Position numbers and translations under genes: made by a program
In this document: positions 39,801 to 49,901 of the stretch, in pieces
Layout of the letters: each line of letters starts with the position of its first letter
Position numbering within the stretch: position 1 is the first letter of the stretch
The notes under the pieces: model-generated
The model's input: only the letters and a program-made list of their open reading frames with translations
Databases searched by the model: none
What the model was told of the DNA's origin: nothing
Source: an uncultured Weeksellaceae bacterium
GTDB taxonomy: Bacteria > Bacteroidota > Bacteroidia > Flavobacteriales_D > CAZDUI01
Assembly: GCA_964508605.1 (NCBI GenBank)
Contig: CAZDUI010000003.1
Coordinates: 42,454-106,453, forward strand
DNA: 64,000 nt
Reading direction: 5' to 3'

Positions 39801-42373
39801 CTCCCCGTATGTTCACAAGGGGCACAAACTATTTTAATACTGCGGTTCTGGAAAAAACAGGGATTTCCAACGATCAAAGCACCGGAAACAATATTTTTCA
39901 CAGCGCTGCTACTTTAAGTAACTCAGGTTCAGCAGATTTTGGAATGGGTTGGACCAATCCTGATATTTTTAGCGGTTCGCTTTTAGTTCAGAACAGTGGT
40001 ACTTCGCAAATCTATGTTGCCCATAACTCATCGGGTAACATAATTTCGGGTAATCTAACTGTAGAAAATACCTCAACCGGAGGAATAATATATTTTAATG
40101 AATCGGCAACCGGCGATTTAACCATTAACGGTAATATCGAAATCAATTCATCGCTTTCTGCCAATGGAATACGGTTTGGTAATCAAACCTTGAATGCTTC
40201 ATTTATTCAACAGGCTGCAGGTACCTCAATCACTATTGGTGCCGGAGGTTTTCATACCGGCGAATTAAGATTTGTGAATTTTACTAAATTGGGTGCCGAT
40301 CCCGTAAGTCTTACTCTTACAGGAACCGGATATATGTTGTCGTTTGAATCGGTGTGGAATGGCAATATCCAGTTTACTGCTCCCAGGATATATACCCGCG
40401 GTACTGTATACAATGGTACTGCCCGCCTGGAAAAGAATGGCCCGAATGCAGATCAGAGTACAGGAAACAATGTGTTTAATATGGAAACCCTTTTGGTGAA
40501 TACCGGTTCGGCATATTTTGGGATGGGCTGGACCAATCCCGATACTTTTAATGCAAATCTTGAAGTACAGACTAATGGAGGAAGCATTGTTTATTTAGGG
40601 CATACTTCAGCAGGAAATTCCTTTAATGGCAATATAACCGTTTCATCCGTATTGGCCAGTGGCGGTGTTCGGTTTGGGCAGGGAGGAGGTTCAGGAACCT
40701 TGGCCGCCGGAAATATTGTATCGGTAGGTGGAGCTGGATTCGACAGTGGTGAGCTGCATTTCCGCAATTTTACTCAAACCGGAGGTACAGCGCAAAATAT
40801 TACTTTAACCGGTACGGGAATGCTGAACCTTTATGATTCAGACTGGGGCGGAAATACAACCTTCATAGCTCCTCAGGTTTATACCAGGGGTACAACCTAC
40901 AGAGGTGTTGCATATCTTGAAAAAAATGGAGCTACCAACAATCCATCGGTTGGAGGAAATACCTTTATGCAGGATGTTGAATTTCATGTTAGCGGCACGG
41001 GGTATTTTATGCCCGCCAACACACAGGCCAATACTTTTATGGCCGATGCTACCTACCGAAAAACAGGTACAGGTTTAATGTACCCTACTTATAATGTTAC
41101 ATCGTTCTATTCAGGAGATATTTATATTCAATCGAATACGGCAATTACTTTTGGTGCCACCACAAATGGAAGAGTTTACTTTACCGGTGGTTCCGCACAG
41201 AGTATTAATGATTTGGGTGCATCTCCTCAACCTATTATTCGCAGGCTTACGGTTGATAAGACCATTGATGATGTTACCTTAAATATTCCGGTAACCGTAA
41301 GTAATGACTTAAATATGTTAAGTGGAAATCTTATTACTTCCGCTGCCAATTTGTTATGGATGAGCGATAATTCTTCGGTTTCTGCGGTAAGTAATTCATC
41401 GTATGTTAGCGGTCCGGTGCGCAAAGTTGGAAATGATGCTTTTACTTTCCCTATAGGTAAAGATGGTTTCTATCAGCCGGCCTCTATTTCGGCTCCGTCT
41501 AATGCTGCGCACCATTTTACGGCAGAATATTTTTTCCAAGATCCTGTAACCGGCGGTTATCCTGATGCACCTTTGGAAAGCCCTATTGTACGAATTTCAG
41601 ATTGTGAATACTGGATTGTTGACAGAACCAATGGCGCAAGTAATGTAAGCGTTACCTTGTCGTATCAAAATAAAGGTGCAGGTGGTTGCAGCGGTGTTGT
41701 TAGTCAGGCTGATTTGGTAGTTTCACGCTGGGATGGTGCTATTTGGGTTAATCATGGAAATGGTGGATATACGGGAATACCCGGTGATGGAACGGTTTCA
41801 TCCTCTGCTGCTGTTTCATCGTTTAGTCCGTTTACTTTGGCTACACTGGATGCAATTAATCCACTTCCTGTTGATTTGATTCTCTTTTCAGCAGAGCCCG
41901 AAGAGCAGAATGTCCGGATTCAATGGATTACAGCTTCCGAAATTAACACGGCGTTTTATCATGTAGAACGTTCAGCCAATGGGAAAGATTGGACTTTTGT
42001 TGGCAATAAAGATGCTGCAGGTAATAGTAATCAAACTATTCACTACGAAACCATAGACTACACACCCTTTCACGGGGTTTCTTATTACCGGTTGATACAG
42101 TATGATGTAAATATGGACTCAACCATTTATGGTCCGGTAGCTGTGCAGTTTGACGGAAATGAACAATGGTTAATATATCCAAACCCAGCCACCGATCAAA
42201 TTCAGTTGTATTCTCAGGATGATGATATGATGCAGGTTTACGAAGCTTCTGGCCGTATGGTGCTTCAGCAAAAAGCCGTAAAGGGATTGAATTATTTACA
42301 AATAGACCACCTGGTACAAGGTACCTATTTTGTTAAAAAAGGTTCTCGGGTAACTTCGTTTGTTAAGAACTAA
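36842..42373 (+). CDS. giant repeat adhesin-like surface protein (1843 aa) with an FN3-like domain and a T9SS (type A, Por_Secre_tail) C-terminal sorting domain
   Basis: Signal peptide; about eight diverged ~160-190-aa repeats (Y.G.A.LEKTG...D.S.GNN.F...NPD.FN...GN.FNGD...GELRF.NFTQ.GNT.Q); the C-terminus carries YPNPATDQIQL...GTYFV. Confidence 0.7.
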   Translation: MKVLLGLIFAVLTLLQANAISYTWNGVISSDWNTATNWTPAGIPGLGDDVIVVAAPNNCGLDAPRTILTITVNSGTLDLNTNTLMVTSTTTLTGGNVDNGVLTVVAASTDVATMGGTVFGGASFLNITSGRIILNGGQYSGPVVLEQTGSTNTGGTGNATFNASLSFTLSGTGYWRIAGNSVFNSTVTYINNGGSYILPELSAANTYNGTLSVQNNSSSNIRLAYNGANQYFGDIDISNTSTGSVLFCELTTGSASLQGAATLFAGAGGINSGSITLRRITQVNPTAINLSGGLNATINITDCVWQGNVSFASGRLTTNGSVYNGPARLEKTSITADYSGGNTFNSTANLVHTGSVNSFRFGRTNPDTFNGDVLIENYNDGHIRLADNTTGNAINGDLTVINNSTNWVYFCNEGTSDLLINGNIEFNSTGSSLGVSFGTSGNPVTQAAGFNLTIGATGWDAGELRFTDFVQSGASAVNLTLNGNGFFNSVNSDWAGNMSVIAPRIRTSFSDFQGTVSFEKTSGTDDVSGGNVFHQNTLLIHSGANDFRFGQTNADMFHQQLRARNNGTGTVYLAYNSAGNQFNGNVLFENITGGGVYVCENSGTATLANGFSFQVGPLGFANGQLRIRNTTQIGNTAQNITTSGASRIILSDNSFDGAVAFTSERMFLSGNTFNSQAVFTKNGAGNDASAGGNIFNGPTFLSLSGTGYFLMANVNPDIFNDDLSVNNSGSEFVHLSYNAAGNEFNGDVTFESVGSAGVRIGINGGTTTLANGSTLTVGALGYNSGELRFQNFTQLGNTPQTLALSGTSRLLCLESVWNGNVSFESPRVYTRGTVYNGTALWHKTGTTDDGCAGNNIFNQPTQILNSSASILYFSQTNPDIFNASLSIRNTGTSTIRLAESSTGNQFNGDITIESTGSGGIFFGQGGGDAFLANGFTVTVGAPGFDSGELRFNKFTQLGNTAQNITLTGTAYLLNMESNWNGTVSFAAPRMFTRGTNYFNTAVLEKTGISNDQSTGNNIFHSAATLSNSGSADFGMGWTNPDIFSGSLLVQNSGTSQIYVAHNSSGNIISGNLTVENTSTGGIIYFNESATGDLTINGNIEINSSLSANGIRFGNQTLNASFIQQAAGTSITIGAGGFHTGELRFVNFTKLGADPVSLTLTGTGYMLSFESVWNGNIQFTAPRIYTRGTVYNGTARLEKNGPNADQSTGNNVFNMETLLVNTGSAYFGMGWTNPDTFNANLEVQTNGGSIVYLGHTSAGNSFNGNITVSSVLASGGVRFGQGGGSGTLAAGNIVSVGGAGFDSGELHFRNFTQTGGTAQNITLTGTGMLNLYDSDWGGNTTFIAPQVYTRGTTYRGVAYLEKNGATNNPSVGGNTFMQDVEFHVSGTGYFMPANTQANTFMADATYRKTGTGLMYPTYNVTSFYSGDIYIQSNTAITFGATTNGRVYFTGGSAQSINDLGASPQPIIRRLTVDKTIDDVTLNIPVTVSNDLNMLSGNLITSAANLLWMSDNSSVSAVSNSSYVSGPVRKVGNDAFTFPIGKDGFYQPASISAPSNAAHHFTAEYFFQDPVTGGYPDAPLESPIVRISDCEYWIVDRTNGASNVSVTLSYQNKGAGGCSGVVSQADLVVSRWDGAIWVNHGNGGYTGIPGDGTVSSSAAVSSFSPFTLATLDAINPLPVDLILFSAEPEEQNVRIQWITASEINTAFYHVERSANGKDWTFVGNKDAAGNSNQTIHYETIDYTPFHGVSYYRLIQYDVNMDSTIYGPVAVQFDGNEQWLIYPNPATDQIQLYSQDDDMMQVYEASGRMVLQQKAVKGLNYLQIDHLVQGTYFVKKGSRVTSFVKN
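37250..41100 (+). repeat. intragenic tandem repeats (period ~480-576 nt, about 8 copies, diverged) inside the giant adhesin gene
   Basis: Recurrent protein motifs LEKTS / FEKTSGTDD / FTKNGAGND / WHKTGTTDD / LEKTGISND / LEKNGPNAD / LEKNGATNN at DNA positions ~37820, 38395, 38873, 39360, 39850, 40425 and 40915. Confidence 0.6.
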
Positions 42374-42561
42374 TAGGTTTTTAGCTCTGGTATTCCTTAG
42401 GTTTCCAAAGAATCATTCGGATGGGAATTACTGAGAGAGGGATGGTGAATGATTTGTGATTTAATTCTTACATAAAGAATAATGAACTATAGTGTTTTAT
42501 AAGGAATAGGGTAAAGTGACTTTAATATGTTTGTCTAATAGACTTATAACGGTTTGTCGCC

Positions 42562-43302
42562 ATGAAAACACAAAATGTAATTGCCGGAATTTCAATACTT
42601 TTTCTTGTGTTTGTCATTCTTGGAAGTTGTATTAAAGGAGATTCTTCTGAAATCAAAAAATCATTATTTGAAGGTAACAGCAATCAAAATACCCCTCGGG
42701 ATTCTATTGTAAAAGGCTTGGTTCTGGATACAATTATTCTTCTTGAACCTTACAAGGTGTGTTTATATGAGAATCAAAACGAGTGGCCATGGTATTATGG
42801 AATATACGATACAATGAATAATCTGTTGAGCGATGATTCGTTAGTTGAGGCATTTGGTTATTATTTTAACAATATTATCCTTACGGATTTCAACTTTGAT
42901 GGTATACCTGACCTTGATATAGCATCACATCCTGCAACCCGAAGCGGCGCAAATGAATTTCACGAACTATGGCTTGCGCAAGATGACGGCACGCTGCAAA
43001 AATATCAAAACAACCCATTGTCATATTGCTGGGTGGATCATCAAAATATGGAGATTTACAACGTTTACAATGGCCCGGATTCTCCCTATTTTTCAAAATT
43101 TAAATGGGTTGGAGATAGTTTGACTGAAACAGAAACTATTCATATTGATGGGAACTATAAGGATGAGCCGAACAGTATCAAGGTAACACATTCTATTAGA
43201 AAGGGCAAAAGAACGGTAGTTGTTTCTGAGAAATTATACAATACAAAGGATGAAATTCCAATACCTGAGGGATATTTCAATGTTACCTATATTCAATGGT
43301 AA
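42562..43302 (+). CDS. hypothetical lipoprotein (246 aa)
   Basis: Signal peptide with lipobox ILGSC; no motif recognised. Confidence 0.45.
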   Translation: MKTQNVIAGISILFLVFVILGSCIKGDSSEIKKSLFEGNSNQNTPRDSIVKGLVLDTIILLEPYKVCLYENQNEWPWYYGIYDTMNNLLSDDSLVEAFGYYFNNIILTDFNFDGIPDLDIASHPATRSGANEFHELWLAQDDGTLQKYQNNPLSYCWVDHQNMEIYNVYNGPDSPYFSKFKWVGDSLTETETIHIDGNYKDEPNSIKVTHSIRKGKRTVVVSEKLYNTKDEIPIPEGYFNVTYIQW

Positions 43303-43338
43303 TAGGCTTGTTTAATTCACCACCTTAATCGGGTTGAG

Positions 43339-43881
43339 ATGGTGTTTTATTTGAGGGAATAGGCAATCGCACAACAAAACAAATACTACTCTTCGTGGAA
43401 AAAAATTGTCAAAAACAAAGTTATACTGGAAAATATTTTACCATTACATCTAGAGGAAGCCATCTTCTCATCGAGTGATTCTGTGGTGAGCAGGCAAATT
43501 TCGAAATACAAGAAAACAGTCACCATACGCAAAATCGCTCCGCGCATTTACACGCTAAATTTTCACGACAGTGCCGAAAACATAATAAAACGCAACGTAT
43601 TCAATGTTTTAAGCCACCTGTATCCAGGCGTTATGTATAGCTACAGGTCGGCTTTGGAATTTAAACCCATTATAGCTGGGCATCTGTTCCTAACCTACAC
43701 CTATACCAAAAGGATTACTTTACCAGGAATTACCTTCGGTTTATGGAAGGTTCGGTGCCCATTGATGGAGATAACCGGTTTTTTGGGTGAACTCTATGCA
43801 TCGCAAACCGAAAGGGCATTGCTTGAGAATTTAGTGCAACCATTTTGGGTGAGAATATGGATGCCATGGAAAATTTTCTAA
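43339..43881 (+). CDS. AbiEi-like antitoxin-domain protein (DUF6088-like), apparently orphan
   Basis: Extending the track ORF upstream in frame reaches ATG at 43339. The N-terminal EEAIFSSSDSVVSRQISKYKKTVTIRKIAPRIYT resembles the AbiEi wHTH (L..L.K.G.I.R...G.Y), and the C-terminal part resembles the AbiEi C-domain. No AbiEii toxin gene lies downstream. Confidence 0.35.
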
Positions 43882-43957
43882 CAGAATGTAACGCTTTTAA
43901 AGAGCATCATAAGGCAAAATTTAAAATTATAGAACCTCAATAAACTAAATCAGGTGA

Positions 43958-45232
43958 TTAGTTTTCAATACCTACCACCACAGGTTCCGGCCGAAAGGTT
44001 TGAAGGATAGCGCTTTCGTATGGGTTAGTTTTATCACATGGGTTCAAAAACAAAGGTTTTCCCGCAACAGCTATGAAAAGTCCCGGCAGTGCATTCCAGT
44101 TAGTACCGGTTAAGGTATCAAAGGGCACAATCCCTGTAACATAATGTCTGCCTTTTGATGTGTATTTTTCATTAATTTCTGTAAACGGAATCTGGTGTAA
44201 TAATGCCTCATCTCGGGCAGAAGCATATATTTCCAGATAAAAACTGTTTGAAAAATGTAATTCTGCTAAGGTACTCTGTTTTCTGTATTCGTAGGCATAC
44301 CCGTACTGCAATGCGCTAACATCGCTTAGCACTGCGCTACCGGTGGGGAAACTGCCTGCTCCCTTGCCAATAAATAGCTGACGGTCGCTGAAAAGTGCTT
44401 CGGTTACCACAGCATTGAATTCGTTGTGCACGTTCCAGGCAAAATGATCCTCATTAATAAAATGCGGAGCAACAAAACCCACAACAGTATTATCTACCCT
44501 TGCCGCATAGCTGAATAATTTGATGCGAAGTCCTTTTTCACGTGCAAACTGAACGTCGTGTTCGTCAATATTTCTTATTCCATAATTAAAAATTTGGTCG
44601 GGGTGAACAACCAGTCCAAAAGCATGGGCAATTAAAATTTGCAACTTGAATTTGGCATCGTAACCATCAATGTCCATGGTTGGATCGCTTTCTGCAAATC
44701 CTTTTTCCTGAGCCTCTCTTAAAACCTCAGAAAAAGAATTCCCGGTCTTAAATAATCCGGTAAGAATATAATTGGTGGTTCCGTTGCAAATACCGCTGAT
44801 GCAGCTTAAAGAATCGTTGTTGTAATATTCTTCCAGATTCCGGATAATGGGTATGCTTCCACACACGGCACCTTCGTATAAAAAGGAAACGCCGTGGGCT
44901 CTGCTTAATTCAAGTAATTCATTCAAGTGGTGCGATACCATTTTTTTATTGGCCGTTACAACACTTTTACCCCGAATAATTGCTTCTTTTACAATGTTGT
45001 ATGCTTCTTCGGCGTCGTCTATTAACTCTACAACTACGTTGATTTGTGGATCATCAAGAAGGTCGTATTTATTATAGGTGAAATTTTCAGCAGGAATGTC
45101 CCGGGGTTTATCAGGATTTTTCACACATATTTTTTGCAGATGTGCATTCAGTAATTTGCTTTCGTTTAATGTTCGGTATAAGCCGGTGCCAACGCATCCG
45201 TATCCAAAAAGCCCGATATTTAATTTTTTCAT
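43958..45232 (-). CDS. hom: homoserine dehydrogenase
   Basis: GLFGYGCVGTG Rossmann motif; 424 aa; lies in the met gene cluster. Confidence 0.85.
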   Translation of the reverse strand: MKKLNIGLFGYGCVGTGLYRTLNESKLLNAHLQKICVKNPDKPRDIPAENFTYNKYDLLDDPQINVVVELIDDAEEAYNIVKEAIIRGKSVVTANKKMVSHHLNELLELSRAHGVSFLYEGAVCGSIPIIRNLEEYYNNDSLSCISGICNGTTNYILTGLFKTGNSFSEVLREAQEKGFAESDPTMDIDGYDAKFKLQILIAHAFGLVVHPDQIFNYGIRNIDEHDVQFAREKGLRIKLFSYAARVDNTVVGFVAPHFINEDHFAWNVHNEFNAVVTEALFSDRQLFIGKGAGSFPTGSAVLSDVSALQYGYAYEYRKQSTLAELHFSNSFYLEIYASARDEALLHQIPFTEINEKYTSKGRHYVTGIVPFDTLTGTNWNALPGLFIAVAGKPLFLNPCDKTNPYESAILQTFRPEPVVVGIEN

Positions 45233-45239
45233 GGTTTCT

Positions 45240-46328
45240 TTATTGTGTAATTTCTAAAAGTGATTTGTTGTAGTTTTTCAGTGTGGTGGGCAACAAGAAC
45301 GATTTACTTCCTTCAATGAATTTTTGGATTAACGGATTTATTTGTGTGGTTTCGGTAAGAAATCCGTCATGACCAAAAATGGAATCCAGTTCAGAATAAA
45401 TAGCCCCGGGAATGTGAGATGCAATAAATTTTTGTTCTGAAACCGGAAACAAAAGATCAGATGTAATTCCAATTACCAGGGTTTCGGCTTGAATTTGGTT
45501 CAAAGCATGAAATGTGCTGTTTCGGCCTCTGCCTACATTATGAGAATCCATTGCTTTACTTAGGGTTACATAGCTATATGCATTGAATCGGCTCACCAGC
45601 TTTTGTCCCTGATAATCCTGATAACCTGCTGCTCTGAATTTCGTCAGGTTGTTTACAGGCTCGGTTGTTACGTCGATTTGTGTTGCCTGATAAGTATGGT
45701 AATTCCGGTAACTTAAAAGTGCAATGGAACGGGCAGCTTTTAAACCTGAGCTTCCGGCGGTGTCAGATTCATCACCAAAAGTAGAATCTGCCAGAATAGC
45801 AAGCCGCTGACTCTCATTAAATGCTATTCCCCAGGGGGAATGTTGTGCATTGGTTGCCAGCAGAACTAGTTTTCTTGCCACATTTGGTTCCATGCAAAGC
45901 CATTCCAGTGCCTGTTGTCCGCCTAATGAACCACCAACCAGGGTGTGAATTTTCCAAATTTCAAGGTGTTTCATTAGTAACCGGTGAACATTTACCATAT
46001 CTCTTACAGTGATGAACGGAAAATTTGCATACCATTTTTTACCGGTTTCAGGATTCATATCAAGGGGACCTGTGGAACCGTAATGTGAGCCAATAATATT
46101 GGCACAAACAATGAAGTATTTCCCCGGATCGAGAGCCTTTTTGTTGCCAAATAAACCGGACCACCATTCACTAACGTTAGAAGATGCGGTAAGTGCGTGG
46201 CACACCCAAATTACATTATCGGCAGTTTTGTTAAGAGATCCGTATGTGTCGTATGCAACGCGGAGGGAAGGCAGTGTACCGCCTCCCTCCAGTTGCAACG
46301 GTTCGTCATGAAAAAAGAACTGAGGCAT
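45240..46328 (-). CDS. metX: homoserine O-acetyltransferase
   Basis: alpha/beta-hydrolase fold with the GGSLGG nucleophile motif; 362 aa; met cluster context. Confidence 0.85.
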   Translation of the reverse strand: MPQFFFHDEPLQLEGGGTLPSLRVAYDTYGSLNKTADNVIWVCHALTASSNVSEWWSGLFGNKKALDPGKYFIVCANIIGSHYGSTGPLDMNPETGKKWYANFPFITVRDMVNVHRLLMKHLEIWKIHTLVGGSLGGQQALEWLCMEPNVARKLVLLATNAQHSPWGIAFNESQRLAILADSTFGDESDTAGSSGLKAARSIALLSYRNYHTYQATQIDVTTEPVNNLTKFRAAGYQDYQGQKLVSRFNAYSYVTLSKAMDSHNVGRGRNSTFHALNQIQAETLVIGITSDLLFPVSEQKFIASHIPGAIYSELDSIFGHDGFLTETTQINPLIQKFIEGSKSFLLPTTLKNYNKSLLEITQ

Positions 46329-46334
46329 TTTTAA

Positions 46335-46784
46335 TTAGTTTAATGTTGGAATAACCAGTTGATGAATCACCGGGGTTGTATTACCAAGATTATCATTTAC
46401 CGGGCAGCGGCTCAGTGCGTCTTCCCATATACTTTCTAATACAGCTGACGGAGCAGCACTGTCAATTACGGCTTTTACCCTGATGGTTTCAAACCCTGCC
46501 CTTGAGGTGGTTTCGGAACCAAAAAGCTTTGCCGGATTGATATCGCCATCAATTTCAAGGTGCAGCCCGTTCAAAACCACCTTTCTTTGTTCGGCTACCA
46601 GATGCAGAACTACATTTAAGCAACCGGCATATCCCGCAAGAATATACTCAACCGGGTTGGGGGCTACATCGGCGCCTCCCAACGATGGAGGCTCGTCTAC
46701 GGGTATTTCAAATTGACGGGCACGGGCTTTAAACAAGGTGCTTCCTGCACTGTCGCCGCTTACTTTAAAGTTTACTGTTGACAT
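46335..46784 (-). CDS. OsmC/Ohr family peroxiredoxin-like protein
   Basis: 149 aa; the two conserved Cys regions (GYAGC and SRCPV) of the OsmC fold. Confidence 0.7.
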   Translation of the reverse strand: MSTVNFKVSGDSAGSTLFKARARQFEIPVDEPPSLGGADVAPNPVEYILAGYAGCLNVVLHLVAEQRKVVLNGLHLEIDGDINPAKLFGSETTSRAGFETIRVKAVIDSAAPSAVLESIWEDALSRCPVNDNLGNTTPVIHQLVIPTLN

Positions 46785-46786
46785 GG

Positions 46787-48157
<1,371 letters not shown>

Positions 48158-48435
48158 TTATTTAATTGATTTATAGAAAAAATAGAAATACCGATGCGTG
48201 TGAAACGACCCATGCGCGCCAGGAGCCGTTACATGCCCGACTTTCTAAGAATTTATTTCTGTGGAAATATCAGGGCTGTTGCATTAGCAGCAACACATAC
48301 AACAGCAGCAACACATGTTGCCGGTTTGCCCGATTATTGATTGTGGTGTAAACGATACAAAAGCAGTGTTTTCCGCTTTGCGGCTCTGTTCTTTTGTTTT
48401 CTTGAGATTTTGCGTCGTTCTCATTTTTTATTCTC

Positions 48436-48574
48436 CATTTATCTTTCCGGATACGTTCATTCGTTCCGGCAGGATTTGGCACCGGTTTTCCAATCCCGAC
48501 CCCGAAGAATCGTGACTTTAAGTTGGTTGCCAGAGGGTCAACGAGCCTGTTCTCTCGCCTCTTCTTCATAAACG
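48436..48574 (-). ncRNA. SAM-I (S-box) riboswitch aptamer in the metY leader
   Basis: The minus-strand RNA reads CGUUUAUGAAGAAGAGGCGAGAGAACAGGCUCGUUGACCCUCUGGCAACC...GGUGCCAAAUCCUGCCGGAACGAAUGAACG...GAUAAAUGG. It matches the S-box consensus blocks AUCAAGAGAGGCGGAGGGA, GGCCCGAUGA, CCCGGCAACC and GGUGCCAAUUCCUGCAGCGGAAACG, and a P1 helix CGUUUAU/AUAAAUG can form. Confidence 0.7.
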
Positions 48575-49313
48575 GTTAACCGTACAACGGATAACGCGAT
48601 TAGATGCTGCAAAGATAGGATGATTGTTTTTGATATTTCCAAATTTTTTTGAAATATTTTTTTAAGTCGTTGAAAATCAATATAAAAATTTACACTACAA
48701 CGTGTTCACCAGTATGGAGGGTGGAAGAGTGTGCGGAGTATAGAATTTGCAACATCAATTATTCGGGTTTTTCGTTTGAAATCGCAGGGAAAATAAGCCA
48801 GCCCCCATAGGGGCTTAATTGCACGATTGAATATATAATGGGTTTATTAATTTTACGGGTTAACGGAAGAAGAAATCAAAATGGTGTAGGGAAATGGATA
48901 AATTCATTCAAATATTATCGTGTATTACCTATAGCCAACGGTTTAAACCGTTGGCTATAGAATCAAATTACGTACACGATAACCATTTTAATGGTTTTAA
49001 AAATAATTAGATATACCACATTCATTCAATAAAATATGGATACACGCTATTTGGTCAACCATATATAGGTTACCCTTAATTCATCCAACGATATCTGGAC
49101 CAAATATTAACAGTATTATCTGCCTCATGGGAAACCATTATTGACTAAAACTCTCTGCAAAAATGTGCGGTGTATTTCCCTAATCAGAAAACAGATTCAG
49201 GTATTTTTTGTACTGCTTTTCTAAACCCTATAATTTTTATATCTTTGAATTTGAGTTATAAACATTAATTAAAACCAAAATTCAGCAACAAGAAACGATT
49301 CAGCAGCATTTTA

Positions 49314-49790
49314 TTGGTAGCATTCTATCTGCTATCCGGCACCCTGTCGGTATTTTCCCAGGATATCGTATCTCAGGGAACGACCTATTTTGCAAAATTC
49401 AAGGACGGCAAATCTGTATCTGAGCTTTGCTTAAAATCGCTTCCATCCAGAGAAGATTGTAAAAGGGTGTTTAAAGGAAGCGATGCTGACACCTACTTTG
49501 TTTATGCTCAGGAATTGGGAAAAAAAATGGGGGGAACTTCCACAGATACTTCTGTTTATAATGCCATTCGCCTTGAGTCGTTTTCAAAACAGGATATAAT
49601 ACAGGATAAGGGAAACTATGCCGGAGGCATGAAAAACATTAAGGATAAACTTCTGGACGGTGTGACGTTTTACGAAGTAAACTTTTTGCGTAATGCCGGC
49701 GATGAAAATGGCGTGGCCTGGAAGTATTGGGTTAATATTGACAACCGATGGGTTTTTTTTCCGAAACCCTGGAGGGCGTTTAAGGAATAG
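49314..49790 (+). CDS. hypothetical protein (158 aa; TTG start, weak signal peptide)
   Basis: ORF in the low-GC island; no upstream in-frame ATG (TAA stop at 49266-49268). Confidence 0.35.
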   Translation: MVAFYLLSGTLSVFSQDIVSQGTTYFAKFKDGKSVSELCLKSLPSREDCKRVFKGSDADTYFVYAQELGKKMGGTSTDTSVYNAIRLESFSKQDIIQDKGNYAGGMKNIKDKLLDGVTFYEVNFLRNAGDENGVAWKYWVNIDNRWVFFPKPWRAFKE

Positions 49791-49901
49791 AGTTTTTAGA
49801 ATGAATTTTTTATGTTGAATACGTTAAACATCGTATAAGATACGGTTCATCATTTAATATTTTTCTATTTATCTTCTGTAGTATTTAAAAAAAAAATAAA
49901 A

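Noticed and set aside
48270-48569. 99-aa minus-strand ORF upstream of metY
   Set aside because: It overlaps the SAM-I riboswitch aptamer and leader, has a low-complexity basic sequence, and is most likely not protein-coding.
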